Below the pieces are notes generated by a model. The model was given only the letters and a program-made list of their open reading frames with translations. It was not told the origin of the DNA and ran no database searches. A DNA stretch of 64,000 nucleotides from Alphaproteobacteria bacterium (GTDB lineage Bacteria > Pseudomonadota > Alphaproteobacteria > CAAHEQ01 > UBA3637), in contig JAFPYS010000017.1 of assembly GCA_017412085.1 (NCBI GenBank), positions 2,969-66,968 on the forward strand, read 5' to 3'. The translations under genes and the position numbers were made by a program. This document shows, piece by piece, positions 34,919 to 45,304 of this stretch; within the stretch, counting starts at the first letter, position 1; each line of letters begins with the position of its first letter.

Positions 34919-36046
34919 TTAACCCGTGCACAACGCCAACAAAATGCCGGCGGCAATGGCAGAGCCAATACTTCCCGCCACGTTAGCCCCCATCGCATGC
35001 ATAAGCAGATGGTTGTTTGGATTTTCTTCTTGCCCTAACTTCTCACTAACCCGCGCCGCCATTGGAATAGCGCTGACTCCAGCAGAACCTATCAACGGAT
35101 TAATTTTGTTCTTTGTGAACAGATTCAATAACCGCGCCATCAACACGCCGCTTGCCGTGCCAATACAAAATGCCACCACGCCCAGGGCCAAAACAATAAG
35201 CGTTTGTGTGCGCAAAAACAACTCTGCCGACAATTTTGAGCCAACAGAAATTCCCAACAAAATTGTAACAATATTCATCATTTCATTACTGGCGCCTTTT
35301 GCCAATCTGTCCGCCACACCGGATTCTTTCAACAGGTTACCAAACATCAACATACCAATCAAAGGAATCGCCAATGGGATAAACAAAGCCGTCAACACAA
35401 TCACCATAACTGGGAAAACAATTTTCTCCGCTTTGCTGACTTCACGAAGCTGCTGCATTTGAATGGCGCGTTGTTTTTTGGGGGTACAAAGGCGCATGAT
35501 CGGCGGCTGAATCACGGGCACCAACGCCATATAAGAATAAGCCGCTACTGCGATAGCCCCCAACAATTCTGGAGCCAACTTACCCGCCAAAAAGATGGAT
35601 GTCGGTCCATCTGCGCCGCCAATAATCGCAATACTGGCCGCCTGTTTTAATGTTAATGCCACATCCGGAAACAGACGCCCAATGGAAAGGGCGCCCAAAA
35701 ATGTCCCAAAAATGGCAAACTGCGCCGCGCCGCCTAAAAGTGCCGTTTTCGGATTTGCAAGCATCGGACCAAAGTCGATCATTGCGCCAACGCCCATAAA
35801 AATCAACAATGGGAAAATGCCCGTTTCAATGCCGGCATGATACATGTAATATAAAAGCCCGCCTTCTTCCGTCATTCCAGCCCCCGGGCAATTAGAAAGA
35901 ATTCCGCCAATCGCAATCGGAATCAACAAAAGTGGCTCAAACTGTTTTTTAATTCCTAAATACAGCAATACAAAACAAATCAGCATCATAATGCTTTGTC
36001 CCACCGTAATGTGCATTAAACCTAAGCTATCAATAATTGCGCCCAT
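34919..36046 (-). CDS. oadB: Oxaloacetate decarboxylase (Na+-pumping) beta subunit
   Basis: 375-aa polytopic membrane protein. The N-terminus ...[26 protein letters not shown] is typical of OadB/GcdB/MmdB. Confidence 0.9.
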   Translation of the reverse strand: MGAIIDSLGLMHITVGQSIMMLICFVLLYLGIKKQFEPLLLIPIAIGGILSNCPGAGMTEEGGLLYYMYHAGIETGIFPLLIFMGVGAMIDFGPMLANPKTALLGGAAQFAIFGTFLGALSIGRLFPDVALTLKQAASIAIIGGADGPTSIFLAGKLAPELLGAIAVAAYSYMALVPVIQPPIMRLCTPKKQRAIQMQQLREVSKAEKIVFPVMVIVLTALFIPLAIPLIGMLMFGNLLKESGVADRLAKGASNEMMNIVTILLGISVGSKLSAELFLRTQTLIVLALGVVAFCIGTASGVLMARLLNLFTKNKINPLIGSAGVSAIPMAARVSEKLGQEENPNNHLLMHAMGANVAGSIGSAIAAGILLALCTG

Positions 36047-36047
36047 A

Positions 36048-37316
36048 TTATTCTCCCTTCAACCACTTACAAATAGTTTTGTATGTCGGCGTTTTACATT
36101 TTGGTCCCATAATCACCACGGTCGGCACCACAGAAAACATCTTTTTTGCCACACGCTTTACATCTTTTAATGTCACAGATTTGTATCCTTTTACCATTTC
36201 TTCTGGCTGGATTATTCGACCAAATGTACCTAATTGATCCGCCATATTTCTTGCCCCAGCAGATAAATTATCTTCCCCGGAAGCTAACCCGACCAAATAT
36301 TCTTTTTTGACACGATTTAATTCTTCTTCGGAAACATCCGACTGAACTTTTTGACATTCTTTACAAATTAACTCTAATACCTCCGTTGTGTCTTGGGGTT
36401 TATTTTTCACCGAAATGCCCCAAAACCCAAAGGTTGGATAAATATTCTTATGTGACCAAATAGAATATGCTAAGCCTCTGTCCTCACGAATTTTAAACCA
36501 CAAACGCGAACTTGATCCTGTCGCCAAAATACCCATCAATAGAGTTTTTGCGTAATAGTCTTTTTCAGCACTTCCCTCATAGGGGAAAACAACTGTTTGC
36601 CAAATTTGGCTTTGCTTTTCTTCTATTTTTTTCTTCAATCCGCTAGCCGCATCAAAATGGTATTTCTTCGTTTTTTGTTTCTTTTGTAAAAAGGTTGAAA
36701 ACTGTTTTTCACAAAGTGATACAAATTTTTGATGAGTAATTCCTCCCCGTGCCGCAAGAATAATTTTATCAGTTGTATATTCGTGGCGCCAATATTTTCT
36801 CAAATCATCAGCTTTCAATCCTTTAATAATTTTCTCTGTTCCAAGCCCATCTAATGCAAGGGGTGTATTAGGATAAATTGATTCCATTACAAACCGAAAA
36901 TATTTACGATTAATATTGTCGGGTGCTTGTTTAATTTCATTAATCACAACACCTTTTTCAATCTCAAATCCTTTTTCTTCAAAGGCGGGCCGTGTTAACA
37001 TATTTGAAAACAAACGACATCCTTTTTCTAAATCCGTTTTTAATACGTTAATATAATAGTCTGTAAAAACACCACCCGTGCCGCCATTATGATAAATCCC
37101 CAGGTCTGCAAATGCCTTGCGCAATTTTTCGGAATTCATTTCCTTGGTTCCACGAAACATCATGTGCTCAATAAAATGCGCAATCCCTTTTTGATTTAAT
37201 GGCTCATCTTTACTGCCTGTTTGCACATACATATCAACAGACACCATTTTAGCGCCCTTGCGCTCGTCCGTTAAAACACGAATGCCATTTTTAAGAGTTG
37301 TGAGTTTAATTGTCAC
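36048..37316 (-). CDS. M16 (pitrilysin/MPP-like) zinc peptidase encoded between oadA and oadB
   Basis: [10 protein letters not shown] plus EKGVVINEI. The GTG start abuts the oadA TAA, with GGAGG 5 nt upstream. Its stop lies 1 nt from the oadB ATG. Confidence 0.88.
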   Translation of the reverse strand: MTIKLTTLKNGIRVLTDERKGAKMVSVDMYVQTGSKDEPLNQKGIAHFIEHMMFRGTKEMNSEKLRKAFADLGIYHNGGTGGVFTDYYINVLKTDLEKGCRLFSNMLTRPAFEEKGFEIEKGVVINEIKQAPDNINRKYFRFVMESIYPNTPLALDGLGTEKIIKGLKADDLRKYWRHEYTTDKIILAARGGITHQKFVSLCEKQFSTFLQKKQKTKKYHFDAASGLKKKIEEKQSQIWQTVVFPYEGSAEKDYYAKTLLMGILATGSSSRLWFKIREDRGLAYSIWSHKNIYPTFGFWGISVKNKPQDTTEVLELICKECQKVQSDVSEEELNRVKKEYLVGLASGEDNLSAGARNMADQLGTFGRIIQPEEMVKGYKSVTLKDVKRVAKKMFSVVPTVVIMGPKCKTPTYKTICKWLKGE

Positions 37317-39098
37317 TTATACCTCCGCGACTTTATCGCCCGTCTTGATGTTATCGCCCTTCTTCACGAACAGACGTTTTACTGTTCCTGCCGACGTTGC
37401 TTTAATGGGGGTTTCCATTTTCATTACTTCCACCACAACCAAAGTATCTCCCGTCTTCACAACTTGCCCTTCGGACACCAATACTTGCGTGACCATGCCT
37501 GGCATAGGTGCTAAAATCACACCACCGACGCTTGCCTTTGCTTCATTTTCTGTACCCTTGGGTGCTTCAATCTTCTCTTCACTAATTGTATATTCCTTCC
37601 CGTTGACAATCGCTTTGGATCCATCGAATTTTACTTCAAACTTCTCACCATTGATCGTGATAACAGAATCATTCGCTTTCGGTGCTGTCTTTGACTCACT
37701 CAATCGCACAGACACCTTTCCTTTACCAAGTAAGAAATCTATACCTTTCTGCCCACAAGCGGCCGCAATAAAAATATTCTCGTTTGTTGCCGGCAATCCC
37801 GCTTCCTTCAGCTGTTGCATATAATGTTTCTTTGACTTATTTGGATTCTTGTCATTGATGGCAAGCACCGTTTCCGTGGTGGGTTTTAATCCCAACTGTT
37901 CTGCCGCAATTTTTACCACCTTTGCGTCCGGCACAACGGGCGTTTTGCCAAAATATCCAAGCACCATCTTGCCATAACCTTCGGCCATCTTTTTCCACTT
38001 GCCATACATCACATTGTTGAAAGCTTGTTGAAAATAAAATTGGCTAACCGGTGTCACAGAGGTGCCAAAACCACCCTTTTGAACAACTTCCTGCATGGCG
38101 TCGATAATGGCGTTATATTTGTCCATAATATTGTTGTCGCGCAACATTTGTGTGTTCGCTGTTAAGGCGCCACCCGGCATGGGCGAAAAAGGAATTCTAG
38201 GATCCACATGTAAAGCTTCCGGTGGCAAATAGTATTTACTCAATGCGTCTTTTAAATCTTCTTCTACCTGCATCACCTTATCCACATCACATATAAGCTC
38301 ATACGGTTTACCACGCAGAGCGTGCCACATCGTTGCCACATCTGGCTGACACGTCCCCCCAGACACAGGTGCCAAAGATAAATCCACCGTATCTGCACCC
38401 GCTTCAATCGCCGCTAAATAACACGCCAAACCTGTTCCCGCCGTTTCGTGCGAGTGATAAGTAATCGGGCATCTTGGACCCACAATCTTACGCGCCTCAC
38501 GAATCGTTTCATATACCGTTTGCGGTGTTCCCGTGCCACTGGCATCTTTAAATGCCAGCGAATCAAATGGAATTTTGGCTTTGACAAAGGCCTTTAAGCG
38601 GTTGGCATAAAATTCGGCTGTGTGTGCCCCCGTCAATTTGGGCGGCAAACTCATCATCGCAATAGCCAACTGATGTTTCATGCCCGCCCTTTTAATGCAT
38701 TCGGCACTGTATTTTAAATTGTTGGGATCATTCAACGCATCAAAATTCCGAACCGTTGTCACGCCATGTTTTTTGAATAACTCTGCATGCAATTTAATCA
38801 AATCCGAACTCATAGAATCTAGCGCCACCACATTAACACCACGCGCCAACGTTTGCAGATTCGCCTTTGGACCAGCGGCTTTACGAAAAGCATCCATCAC
38901 ATCAAAAGCGTTTTCATTCAAATAGAAAAAGGCAGATTGAAATGCTGCACCACCGCCCGACTCCAAATAAGTTAAACCCGCCTTCACTGCTTCCGACACA
39001 ACGGGCAAGTAATCTTTACTTTGGACGCGCATTCCAAAAACCGATTGGAAACCATCGCGAAAAGCTGTACACATGATATTAATTTTTTTTGTTTTCAT
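37317..39098 (-). CDS. oadA: Oxaloacetate decarboxylase alpha subunit (carboxyltransferase plus biotinyl domain)
   Basis: N-terminus MKTKKINIMCTAFRDGFQS (TIM-barrel carboxyltransferase) and a C-terminal biotin site VVVEVMKMETPI. The start was chosen at the ATGA overlap with oadG. Confidence 0.9.
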   Translation of the reverse strand: MKTKKINIMCTAFRDGFQSVFGMRVQSKDYLPVVSEAVKAGLTYLESGGGAAFQSAFFYLNENAFDVMDAFRKAAGPKANLQTLARGVNVVALDSMSSDLIKLHAELFKKHGVTTVRNFDALNDPNNLKYSAECIKRAGMKHQLAIAMMSLPPKLTGAHTAEFYANRLKAFVKAKIPFDSLAFKDASGTGTPQTVYETIREARKIVGPRCPITYHSHETAGTGLACYLAAIEAGADTVDLSLAPVSGGTCQPDVATMWHALRGKPYELICDVDKVMQVEEDLKDALSKYYLPPEALHVDPRIPFSPMPGGALTANTQMLRDNNIMDKYNAIIDAMQEVVQKGGFGTSVTPVSQFYFQQAFNNVMYGKWKKMAEGYGKMVLGYFGKTPVVPDAKVVKIAAEQLGLKPTTETVLAINDKNPNKSKKHYMQQLKEAGLPATNENIFIAAACGQKGIDFLLGKGKVSVRLSESKTAPKANDSVITINGEKFEVKFDGSKAIVNGKEYTISEEKIEAPKGTENEAKASVGGVILAPMPGMVTQVLVSEGQVVKTGDTLVVVEVMKMETPIKATSAGTVKRLFVKKGDNIKTGDKVAEV

Positions 39099-39256
39099 TT
39101 GCCTCTCCTCGCACATGCAATAGCCACGGCCACTTTATCCAGCGACTCATCTTCTTTTACTGTAAATGCAAGCAATTTCATGGCACCAATTAATAACATC
39201 AAAAAGGCAAATACGCCCCCCATTCCTGCAATTGTGATAAATAATGCTTGATTCAT
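39095..39256 (-). CDS. oadG: Oxaloacetate decarboxylase gamma subunit (53 aa, single TM)
   Basis: Translated by hand: MNQALFITIAGMGGVFAFLMLLIGAMKLLAFTVKEDESLDKVAVAIACARRGK. GGGGGAG RBS. The position and size fit OadG. Absent from the ORF track because it is under 60 aa. Confidence 0.7.
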   Translation of the reverse strand: MNQALFITIAGMGGVFAFLMLLIGAMKLLAFTVKEDESLDKVAVAIACARRGK

Positions 39257-39305
39257 AGCTCCCCCTTAATACCAAAAGTTTAAGCTTTGATTCATCAAAA
39301 GTCAA

Positions 39306-40442
39306 TTATTTTGTTAAACAAAAACCGGTTAAAATAATCAAAAAGAAAAAGTTAAATGCAAAGAAAGTCTTTAAATAACTTTTTGTCTTATGTGGATAGC
39401 GTTTTGTATATTCTCTAAATGTAATTAAACTTGCCAAGGAAGCCACTAAGGTTCCTACCCCGCCGATATTGACTCCCACCAACAAATCGGGATAATTTTG
39501 TGTAAAGCGCGACAACAAAATGGCCGATGGCACGTTACTGATAAATTGACAAGAAATCACACTGACCAACAAAACGCTATATGACAAAATATGATCGAAG
39601 AATGCATGAACACTTTCCATTTGCGATATATTCCCTGCAAAAATAAAAAAACAAGAGAACGTACCTAATAATGGATAATCCAGTTTTTTTAATGCCCTTT
39701 TGTCCGTCATCCAAAGACATGCCGCAATGACAACAATGCCCATCACATATGGCACAATACGGAACACAATCGCAATAGCAAACGTAAATAACATAAGATA
39801 AAAGGTTGTTCTGCCCGGTGGCAATTTGATTTTTCTTTTTGGCAATTGCATCTTTTCTTTTTTTACAAAAATCCAACAACAAACAAAAATCAAGCTGACA
39901 GACACGGCAAATGGCGCAAACATAATCTTTATAAATTCATCGTTTGGAATATTAAAATATGAGTACAAAAACAAGTTTTGTGGATTTCCGAAGGGAGTTA
40001 ACATACCTCCTAAATTCGCTGCAATATTTTGCATCACAAAAGTAAAAGCCATATATTTTTCTTTTTTAGTAGAGGACAGCACAACAAAACCTAAAGGCAA
40101 AAAAGTGATTAATGCCATATCATTTGCAATAAGCATCGATCCAATAAATGTGATACAAACCAACGTGATGACGGCCGTTCTTGTATCCCCGGTTTTGGCA
40201 ATAATCCAACGTGCAATGCTTTTAAAAAAACGAATATTACGCAATGCCCCAATAACAGCCAATGTACCGAACAAACAGCCAATAGTGCGTCCATCCACAT
40301 AATTTAAATAGTTTACATTCGGCGGCACAAACAGACAACTGATGATAGCAGCAACGAAAGCCACTACAAAAACTACGTTTTTTTTCGCAAATGATTTCAG
40401 CCTCATACCTCGCATCATATACAAATATTCATCATAAATCAA
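39306..40442 (-). CDS. Anion permease of the ArsB/NhaD/citrate-transporter-like superfamily (start uncertain)
   Basis: About 10-12 hydrophobic segments and a two-fold repeat architecture. The first codon in the track is TTG. Internal Met codons at 40418 and 40406 are alternative starts. Confidence 0.7.
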   Translation of the reverse strand: MIYDEYLYMMRGMRLKSFAKKNVVFVVAFVAAIISCLFVPPNVNYLNYVDGRTIGCLFGTLAVIGALRNIRFFKSIARWIIAKTGDTRTAVITLVCITFIGSMLIANDMALITFLPLGFVVLSSTKKEKYMAFTFVMQNIAANLGGMLTPFGNPQNLFLYSYFNIPNDEFIKIMFAPFAVSVSLIFVCCWIFVKKEKMQLPKRKIKLPPGRTTFYLMLFTFAIAIVFRIVPYVMGIVVIAACLWMTDKRALKKLDYPLLGTFSCFFIFAGNISQMESVHAFFDHILSYSVLLVSVISCQFISNVPSAILLSRFTQNYPDLLVGVNIGGVGTLVASLASLITFREYTKRYPHKTKSYLKTFFAFNFFFLIILTGFCLTK

Positions 40443-40520
40443 GGCATTTTAAGCACACAAAATAATCGCTTGCTTTTCATGTGTTTTTATTTTATATTCT
40501 CGGTAAAGGGGGAACAACAA

Positions 40521-42329
40521 ATGATACAAAAATTACCAACAAAAAATAAAAAAGTTTTAGATTGGGTCAAGGAAATGGCCACTTTGTGCCAACCGGACAA
40601 CATTTATTGGTGTGATGGAACACAACAAGAATATTCTCGGCTGTGCAATGACTTAGTTAAAAGAGGCACCTTTATTAAATTAAATCCGAAGAAGCGTCCG
40701 AACTCATTTTTAGCGCGCTCTAATCCAAAGGATGTGGCTCGTGTTGAAGCTAGAACTTTTATTTGTTGTAAAAAAGAAATTGATGCCGGACCAACCAACC
40801 ATTGGGCCGATCCTCAAAAGATGAAAGCCACTTTAAAAAAGCTGATGAAGGGCTGTATGAAAGGACGCACAATGTACATTGTTCCTTTCTCTATGGGCCC
40901 TCTTGGTAGCCCCATTGCAAAAATTGGCATTGAAATTACAGACAGCGCTTACGTTGTTGCCAACATGCGCATCATGACCCGCATGGGAGCAAAAGTTTGG
41001 CCCGTTTTAGGCAACAAAGATTTCGTTAAATGTTTCCATTCTGTGGGCGCGCCCCTTAAAAAAGGTGAAAAGGACGTGGCTTGGCCATGCAATCCGGACA
41101 ACACTTATATCACTCACTTCCCAGAAACACGTGAAATTATTTCATTCGGCTCTGGTTATGGCGGCAATGCCTTGCTTGGCAAAAAATGTTTAGCCTTGCG
41201 CATCGCAAGCACGATGGCGCGTGATGAAGGTTGGTTTTCTGAACACATGTTGATTGCTGGCTTCGAAAATAAAAAAGAAAAAATGAAGGCTTATGTGGCG
41301 GCGGCATTTCCATCTGCTTGTGGCAAAACAAACATGGCCATGTTGATTCCACCAAAATCCATGCCTGATTGGAAAGTCACCACAGTTGGTGATGATATCG
41401 CCTGGATTAAACCAGATAAAAATGGCGTATTGCATGCAATTAACCCGGAAGCAGGATTCTTTGGCGTAGCACCTGGAACAAATCCAGAGACAAACAAAAA
41501 TGCTATTGAATCTTGCCGTGCCAATACCATTTTTACAAATGTCGCCTTAACTGACGATGGAGATGTGTGGTGGGAAGGGCTGACAAAAGTACCACCCAAA
41601 CATTTAATTGATTGGCAAGGTAATGATTGGACACCAAAGTCCACAACACCTGCAGCGCACCCGAATTCACGCTTTACGGCCCCCGCCAAACAATGTCCAT
41701 GCATTGACAAAGATTGGGAAAATCCAGCTGGCGTTCCCATCAGCGCATTTGTATTTGGTGGTCGTTTAGCAACAAACACGCCTCTTGTCTATCAGGCATT
41801 CAACTGGCAACATGGCGTATATTTGGCCAGCACAATGGGGTCAGAAAAAACAGCAGCCGCCGAAGGAAAAATGGGCGAAATTCGCCGCGATCCATTTGCC
41901 ATGCTTCCGTTCTGTGGATACAATATGGGTGATTATTGGAAACATTGGTTAGACATGTTTGGTCGCATTAAACAACATCCTTTATTCTTCCGCGTAAACT
42001 GGTTCCGCAAAGACAAAAAAGGTAAATTTATGTGGCCCGGTTTTGGCGACAACATGCGTGTCGTTGAATGGATTGTGCGCAGAACTTATAATAAAGTTGG
42101 CGCCAAAGAGACTGTGTTAGGTTGGATGCCAAACTATAAAGATATGACTTGGCGCGGTCTTAAAATGACGGAAAAACAATTTGATGATTTGATGGCTGTG
42201 GATAAAAAATTGGCATTACAAGATGTCAATGCTCAAGGTGAATATTTCGAACAATTTTTGCCAGGCGACAGATTGCCATCGGACATGGATGCCGAGTTGG
42301 TGTTATTAGCCGACCGATTGAACCGTTAA
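40521..42329 (+). CDS. pckG: Phosphoenolpyruvate carboxykinase (GTP)
   Basis: Start at [10 protein letters not shown] after AAGGGGGA. Kinase-1a motif FPSACGKTN. Conserved blocks GDDIAW and NSRFT. 602 aa. Confidence 0.95.
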   Translation: MIQKLPTKNKKVLDWVKEMATLCQPDNIYWCDGTQQEYSRLCNDLVKRGTFIKLNPKKRPNSFLARSNPKDVARVEARTFICCKKEIDAGPTNHWADPQKMKATLKKLMKGCMKGRTMYIVPFSMGPLGSPIAKIGIEITDSAYVVANMRIMTRMGAKVWPVLGNKDFVKCFHSVGAPLKKGEKDVAWPCNPDNTYITHFPETREIISFGSGYGGNALLGKKCLALRIASTMARDEGWFSEHMLIAGFENKKEKMKAYVAAAFPSACGKTNMAMLIPPKSMPDWKVTTVGDDIAWIKPDKNGVLHAINPEAGFFGVAPGTNPETNKNAIESCRANTIFTNVALTDDGDVWWEGLTKVPPKHLIDWQGNDWTPKSTTPAAHPNSRFTAPAKQCPCIDKDWENPAGVPISAFVFGGRLATNTPLVYQAFNWQHGVYLASTMGSEKTAAAEGKMGEIRRDPFAMLPFCGYNMGDYWKHWLDMFGRIKQHPLFFRVNWFRKDKKGKFMWPGFGDNMRVVEWIVRRTYNKVGAKETVLGWMPNYKDMTWRGLKMTEKQFDDLMAVDKKLALQDVNAQGEYFEQFLPGDRLPSDMDAELVLLADRLNR

Positions 42330-42336
42330 AAAAATA

Positions 42337-42366
42337 AATCCCGCCCAGATGGACGGGATTTTTTTA
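42337..42366. terminator. Bidirectional terminator between pckG and the NYN-like gene
   Basis: AATCCCG (42337-42343) pairs with CGGGATT (42354-42360), followed by a T-run. Confidence 0.8.
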
Positions 42367-43935
42367 TTTTCCGTATGTGCCACGACTCTTAGTTATAATT
42401 TTGTGGGCAAGACGTTTATGCTTAACGCGTTTTTGACCCCAGCGCTCCTCCTTGCTAGGCCTCTTCGGAACAAAACCCGCATATGCTTCCTCTTCATCTT
42501 CCGCCTCCATACGTGCACTGTTACGTCTTTCTTGTTGAAGCCGTCTTAACCGCTCATGCTTTTCCTTTTCATTTTGTTTTCGAACGGCGGCTTTTTCTTC
42601 ATGTCGTGAGGTTAATTTTCCTAAATCAACAGGTATTTGCAGCACGTCTTCTACGCCTCGTTCCAATCGTACAGATAACCATTGAGAGTTTTCTTCCAAA
42701 CACAGTAAAGAAACAGATAATCCCGCACGCCTCGCTTGTTCAACAGAATGTACAAAATCACCATCTGTTGACAACAAATATACACGATTTATCATTGGAT
42801 TTATTCTGGCTAACGCCATATCGTATGCAATACGATCGTCCACATCATATTGGCGAAAGTTTGATACAAAATCTTCTTTCAAACGCGCCCTTGGATGAAC
42901 AAACCATTTTTCTTTTTTCAAAATCGCTGGAAAATTCTTATCCAATTGTGTTTTGCCCAAACTAAAACGTACTCCAGGAAATGACGCCCCTTTGCTCAAG
43001 TCAAATTCAAAAGGTCTTTCATCGGACACCCAAACGCTATTGCGTGCATTTTCTGTTGGAATGGTCGCATGATAAAGAATGGTTTGAGTAGCTTTTTCCG
43101 GCAAAAAATCTTGAATTTGATGCACTAGTTTTTCCACATTTTGCACACTCATGCGTAATTCGCGTCTGTGCAAATATTGCCGCACACTACCCATATCCAT
43201 CATCAACAGTGCCTCTTGATCCTCGTTTTCCATTACCCCGCGCAATAACCCAAGACAACGCGATAAGGTTTCTCCACGTGCCCACGGCTGCCGCAAAGAT
43301 TCAGAAACTTCTTCCAAAATATTTTTTGAACAAACAACGGGATTTCCCTCTTGAGAAAACTCGCAAATATACGGATTCTTTCCATCAAACAATACTTGGC
43401 TAATGGGCATTCCCAAACCATTGGTCGTTGCTAACGCGTATGTCATATCGTCCGCATCGCCATACACAAACAAGCGATTTTCGCGGTGACACACGGCCTT
43501 TTCCGCCATTTCATCTACTAATTGCGTCAATAACCCCTTTGGTTGTTCATTTAAAGAAAAATCTCTGTCTTCCAGTTTTGTTTTATTATAACTGGTCGGG
43601 TTCATCACCCACGCCTGATCAAAAGGATAATATACCCGACTCCAATGCGTTTTTAATTCTGAATTTGGTAAAGTCGCCAAACGCATATTCTCTTTTATAT
43701 CCACATCTGGATATCGCTCACCCGATACAGGCATCACGGCATCATCCACCGCGCAAACACCATAGTAATCAACGCCAATATCCGTGTTGGGAAACTTTTG
43801 CCGAATCTCGGATACCATATAATACAAATATTTTAACACAGTTTGGGAGCTGTGTTGTTCTCCCTGACTCAATATATGTCGTTTCAAAACTTCCCCATCC
43901 ACCAAAAGGGATGCTTTCTGCTTTTTAATCTCCAT
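42364..43935 (-). CDS. Hypothetical protein with NYN/LabA-like (PIN-like nuclease) motifs and a basic C-terminal tail
   Basis: Residues 400-440 read DDRIAYDMALARINPMINRVYLLSTDGDFVHSVEQARRAGLSVSLL, which fits LabA/NYN. A second, weaker set lies N-terminal (ASLLVDGEVL...LFVYGDADDM). The ATG lies 9 nt after the rho stop. Confidence 0.6.
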   Translation of the reverse strand: MEIKKQKASLLVDGEVLKRHILSQGEQHSSQTVLKYLYYMVSEIRQKFPNTDIGVDYYGVCAVDDAVMPVSGERYPDVDIKENMRLATLPNSELKTHWSRVYYPFDQAWVMNPTSYNKTKLEDRDFSLNEQPKGLLTQLVDEMAEKAVCHRENRLFVYGDADDMTYALATTNGLGMPISQVLFDGKNPYICEFSQEGNPVVCSKNILEEVSESLRQPWARGETLSRCLGLLRGVMENEDQEALLMMDMGSVRQYLHRRELRMSVQNVEKLVHQIQDFLPEKATQTILYHATIPTENARNSVWVSDERPFEFDLSKGASFPGVRFSLGKTQLDKNFPAILKKEKWFVHPRARLKEDFVSNFRQYDVDDRIAYDMALARINPMINRVYLLSTDGDFVHSVEQARRAGLSVSLLCLEENSQWLSVRLERGVEDVLQIPVDLGKLTSRHEEKAAVRKQNEKEKHERLRRLQQERRNSARMEAEDEEEAYAGFVPKRPSKEERWGQKRVKHKRLAHKIITKSRGTYGK

Positions 43936-43944
43936 GTTAGCCTC

Positions 43945-45213
43945 TTATTGATTCATCTTATCAAAAAAGTCATCGTTCGTTTTTGTGGCTTTTAACTTTT
44001 CAATCAAAAATTCCATTGCATCTGTCACGCCCATTGGCATCAACACGCGACGCAACATCCACATTTTTGGAAGGCGATCTTTTCCCACCAATAATTCTTC
44101 CTTACGTGTACCAGATTTCGTAATATCGATGGCCGGGAAAATACGCTTATCAGAAACCTTGCGGTCCAAGATAATTTCGCTGTTACCCGTTCCTTTAAAT
44201 TCTTCAAAAATCACTTCATCCATACGCGATCCCGTGTCGATTAAGGCGGTACCAAAGATAGTCAAAGAGCCTCCTTCTTCAATATTACGGGCTGCACCGA
44301 AGAAACGTTTAGGACGTTGTAGAGCATTCGCATCCACGCCCCCCGTTAACACCTTACCACTGGATGGCACAACTGTGTTATAAGCACGGGCTAAACGCGT
44401 AATGGAATCCAACAAAATGATAACATCCTTTTTATGTTCCACCAAACGTTTTGCCTTTTCAATCACCATTTCAGCCACTTGGACGTGACGCGTTGCTGGC
44501 TCATCAAATGTGGAAGAAATCACTTCCCCCTTAACCGAACGCACCATGTCTGTCACTTCCTCTGGACGTTCGTCAATCAGCAACACAATCAAGTGAGCTT
44601 CCGGATAATTGGCGGAAATCGCATGGGCAATATTTTGCAACATCACTGTTTTACCTGTTCTAGGCGGCGCAACCACCAGTGAGCGTTGTCCAAAACCTTG
44701 CGGACAAATAAGGTCTATAATGCGCGCCGTCAAATCTTTGTCGTCTTCGTTGCCAGTTGGTTCGTGTTCCATTTTGATGTTTTGTTCAGGATAAAGCGGT
44801 GTCAAATCATCAAAATTAATACGATATTTTAATTCTTCTGGCTTAACAAAATTTACTGTATTGATTTTTTCCAAAGCAAAATAGCGTTCATTGTTTTTGG
44901 GCGGCACAATCTCACCGGAAATTGTATCTCCTGTGCGAAGTCCCCAACGCTTAATATGTGTAGGTGCCACATAAATATCATCTGGCCCCGCCAAATAGTT
45001 TGCCTCCGGAGAACGCAAGAATCCAAATCCATCTTGCATGACCTCCAAAACACCCTCGCCATATAACGTGTTGTTTTCTGTTTCTGTCAGCTTCTTTAAA
45101 ATGGCATACATCAAATCTTGCGTGCGCAAACTGGCCGCATTTTCAACGTTTAATTCTTCAGCATAACGTAACAATTCTGCCGGAGATTTTTGTTTCAAAT
45201 CCTGTAATTGCAT
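43945..45213 (-). CDS. rho: Transcription termination factor Rho
   Basis: Start at [15 protein letters not shown] (AAAGGA RBS). Contains the RNA-binding CSD region GFGFLR, Walker A PPRTGKT and the C-terminus ...[10 protein letters not shown]. Confidence 0.96.
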   Translation of the reverse strand: MQLQDLKQKSPAELLRYAEELNVENAASLRTQDLMYAILKKLTETENNTLYGEGVLEVMQDGFGFLRSPEANYLAGPDDIYVAPTHIKRWGLRTGDTISGEIVPPKNNERYFALEKINTVNFVKPEELKYRINFDDLTPLYPEQNIKMEHEPTGNEDDKDLTARIIDLICPQGFGQRSLVVAPPRTGKTVMLQNIAHAISANYPEAHLIVLLIDERPEEVTDMVRSVKGEVISSTFDEPATRHVQVAEMVIEKAKRLVEHKKDVIILLDSITRLARAYNTVVPSSGKVLTGGVDANALQRPKRFFGAARNIEEGGSLTIFGTALIDTGSRMDEVIFEEFKGTGNSEIILDRKVSDKRIFPAIDITKSGTRKEELLVGKDRLPKMWMLRRVLMPMGVTDAMEFLIEKLKATKTNDDFFDKMNQ

Positions 45214-45304
45214 ATTCGTCCTTTGGAAAATTTTATAAGAATGTGATCGACCGACCACGCTATATATTGTAGCACAAACTTTTTATTTGTCAAGTCATTT
45301 TGTT

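Noticed and set aside
34926-37824. 178-aa and 188-aa plus-strand ORFs antisense to oadB, the M16 gene and oadA
   Set aside because: They are embedded in confidently identified minus-strand genes. Their compositionally odd (Ala/Pro/Ile/Phe/Ser-rich) products are typical of mirror frames.
41291-41779. 162-aa minus-strand ORF inside pckG
   Set aside because: It is antisense to a highly conserved PEPCK region and has no RBS.
42483-43928. 160-aa and 166-aa plus-strand ORFs
   Set aside because: They are antisense to the NYN-like gene. That gene has the better coding features: a start 9 nt after rho, an RBS and recognisable motifs.
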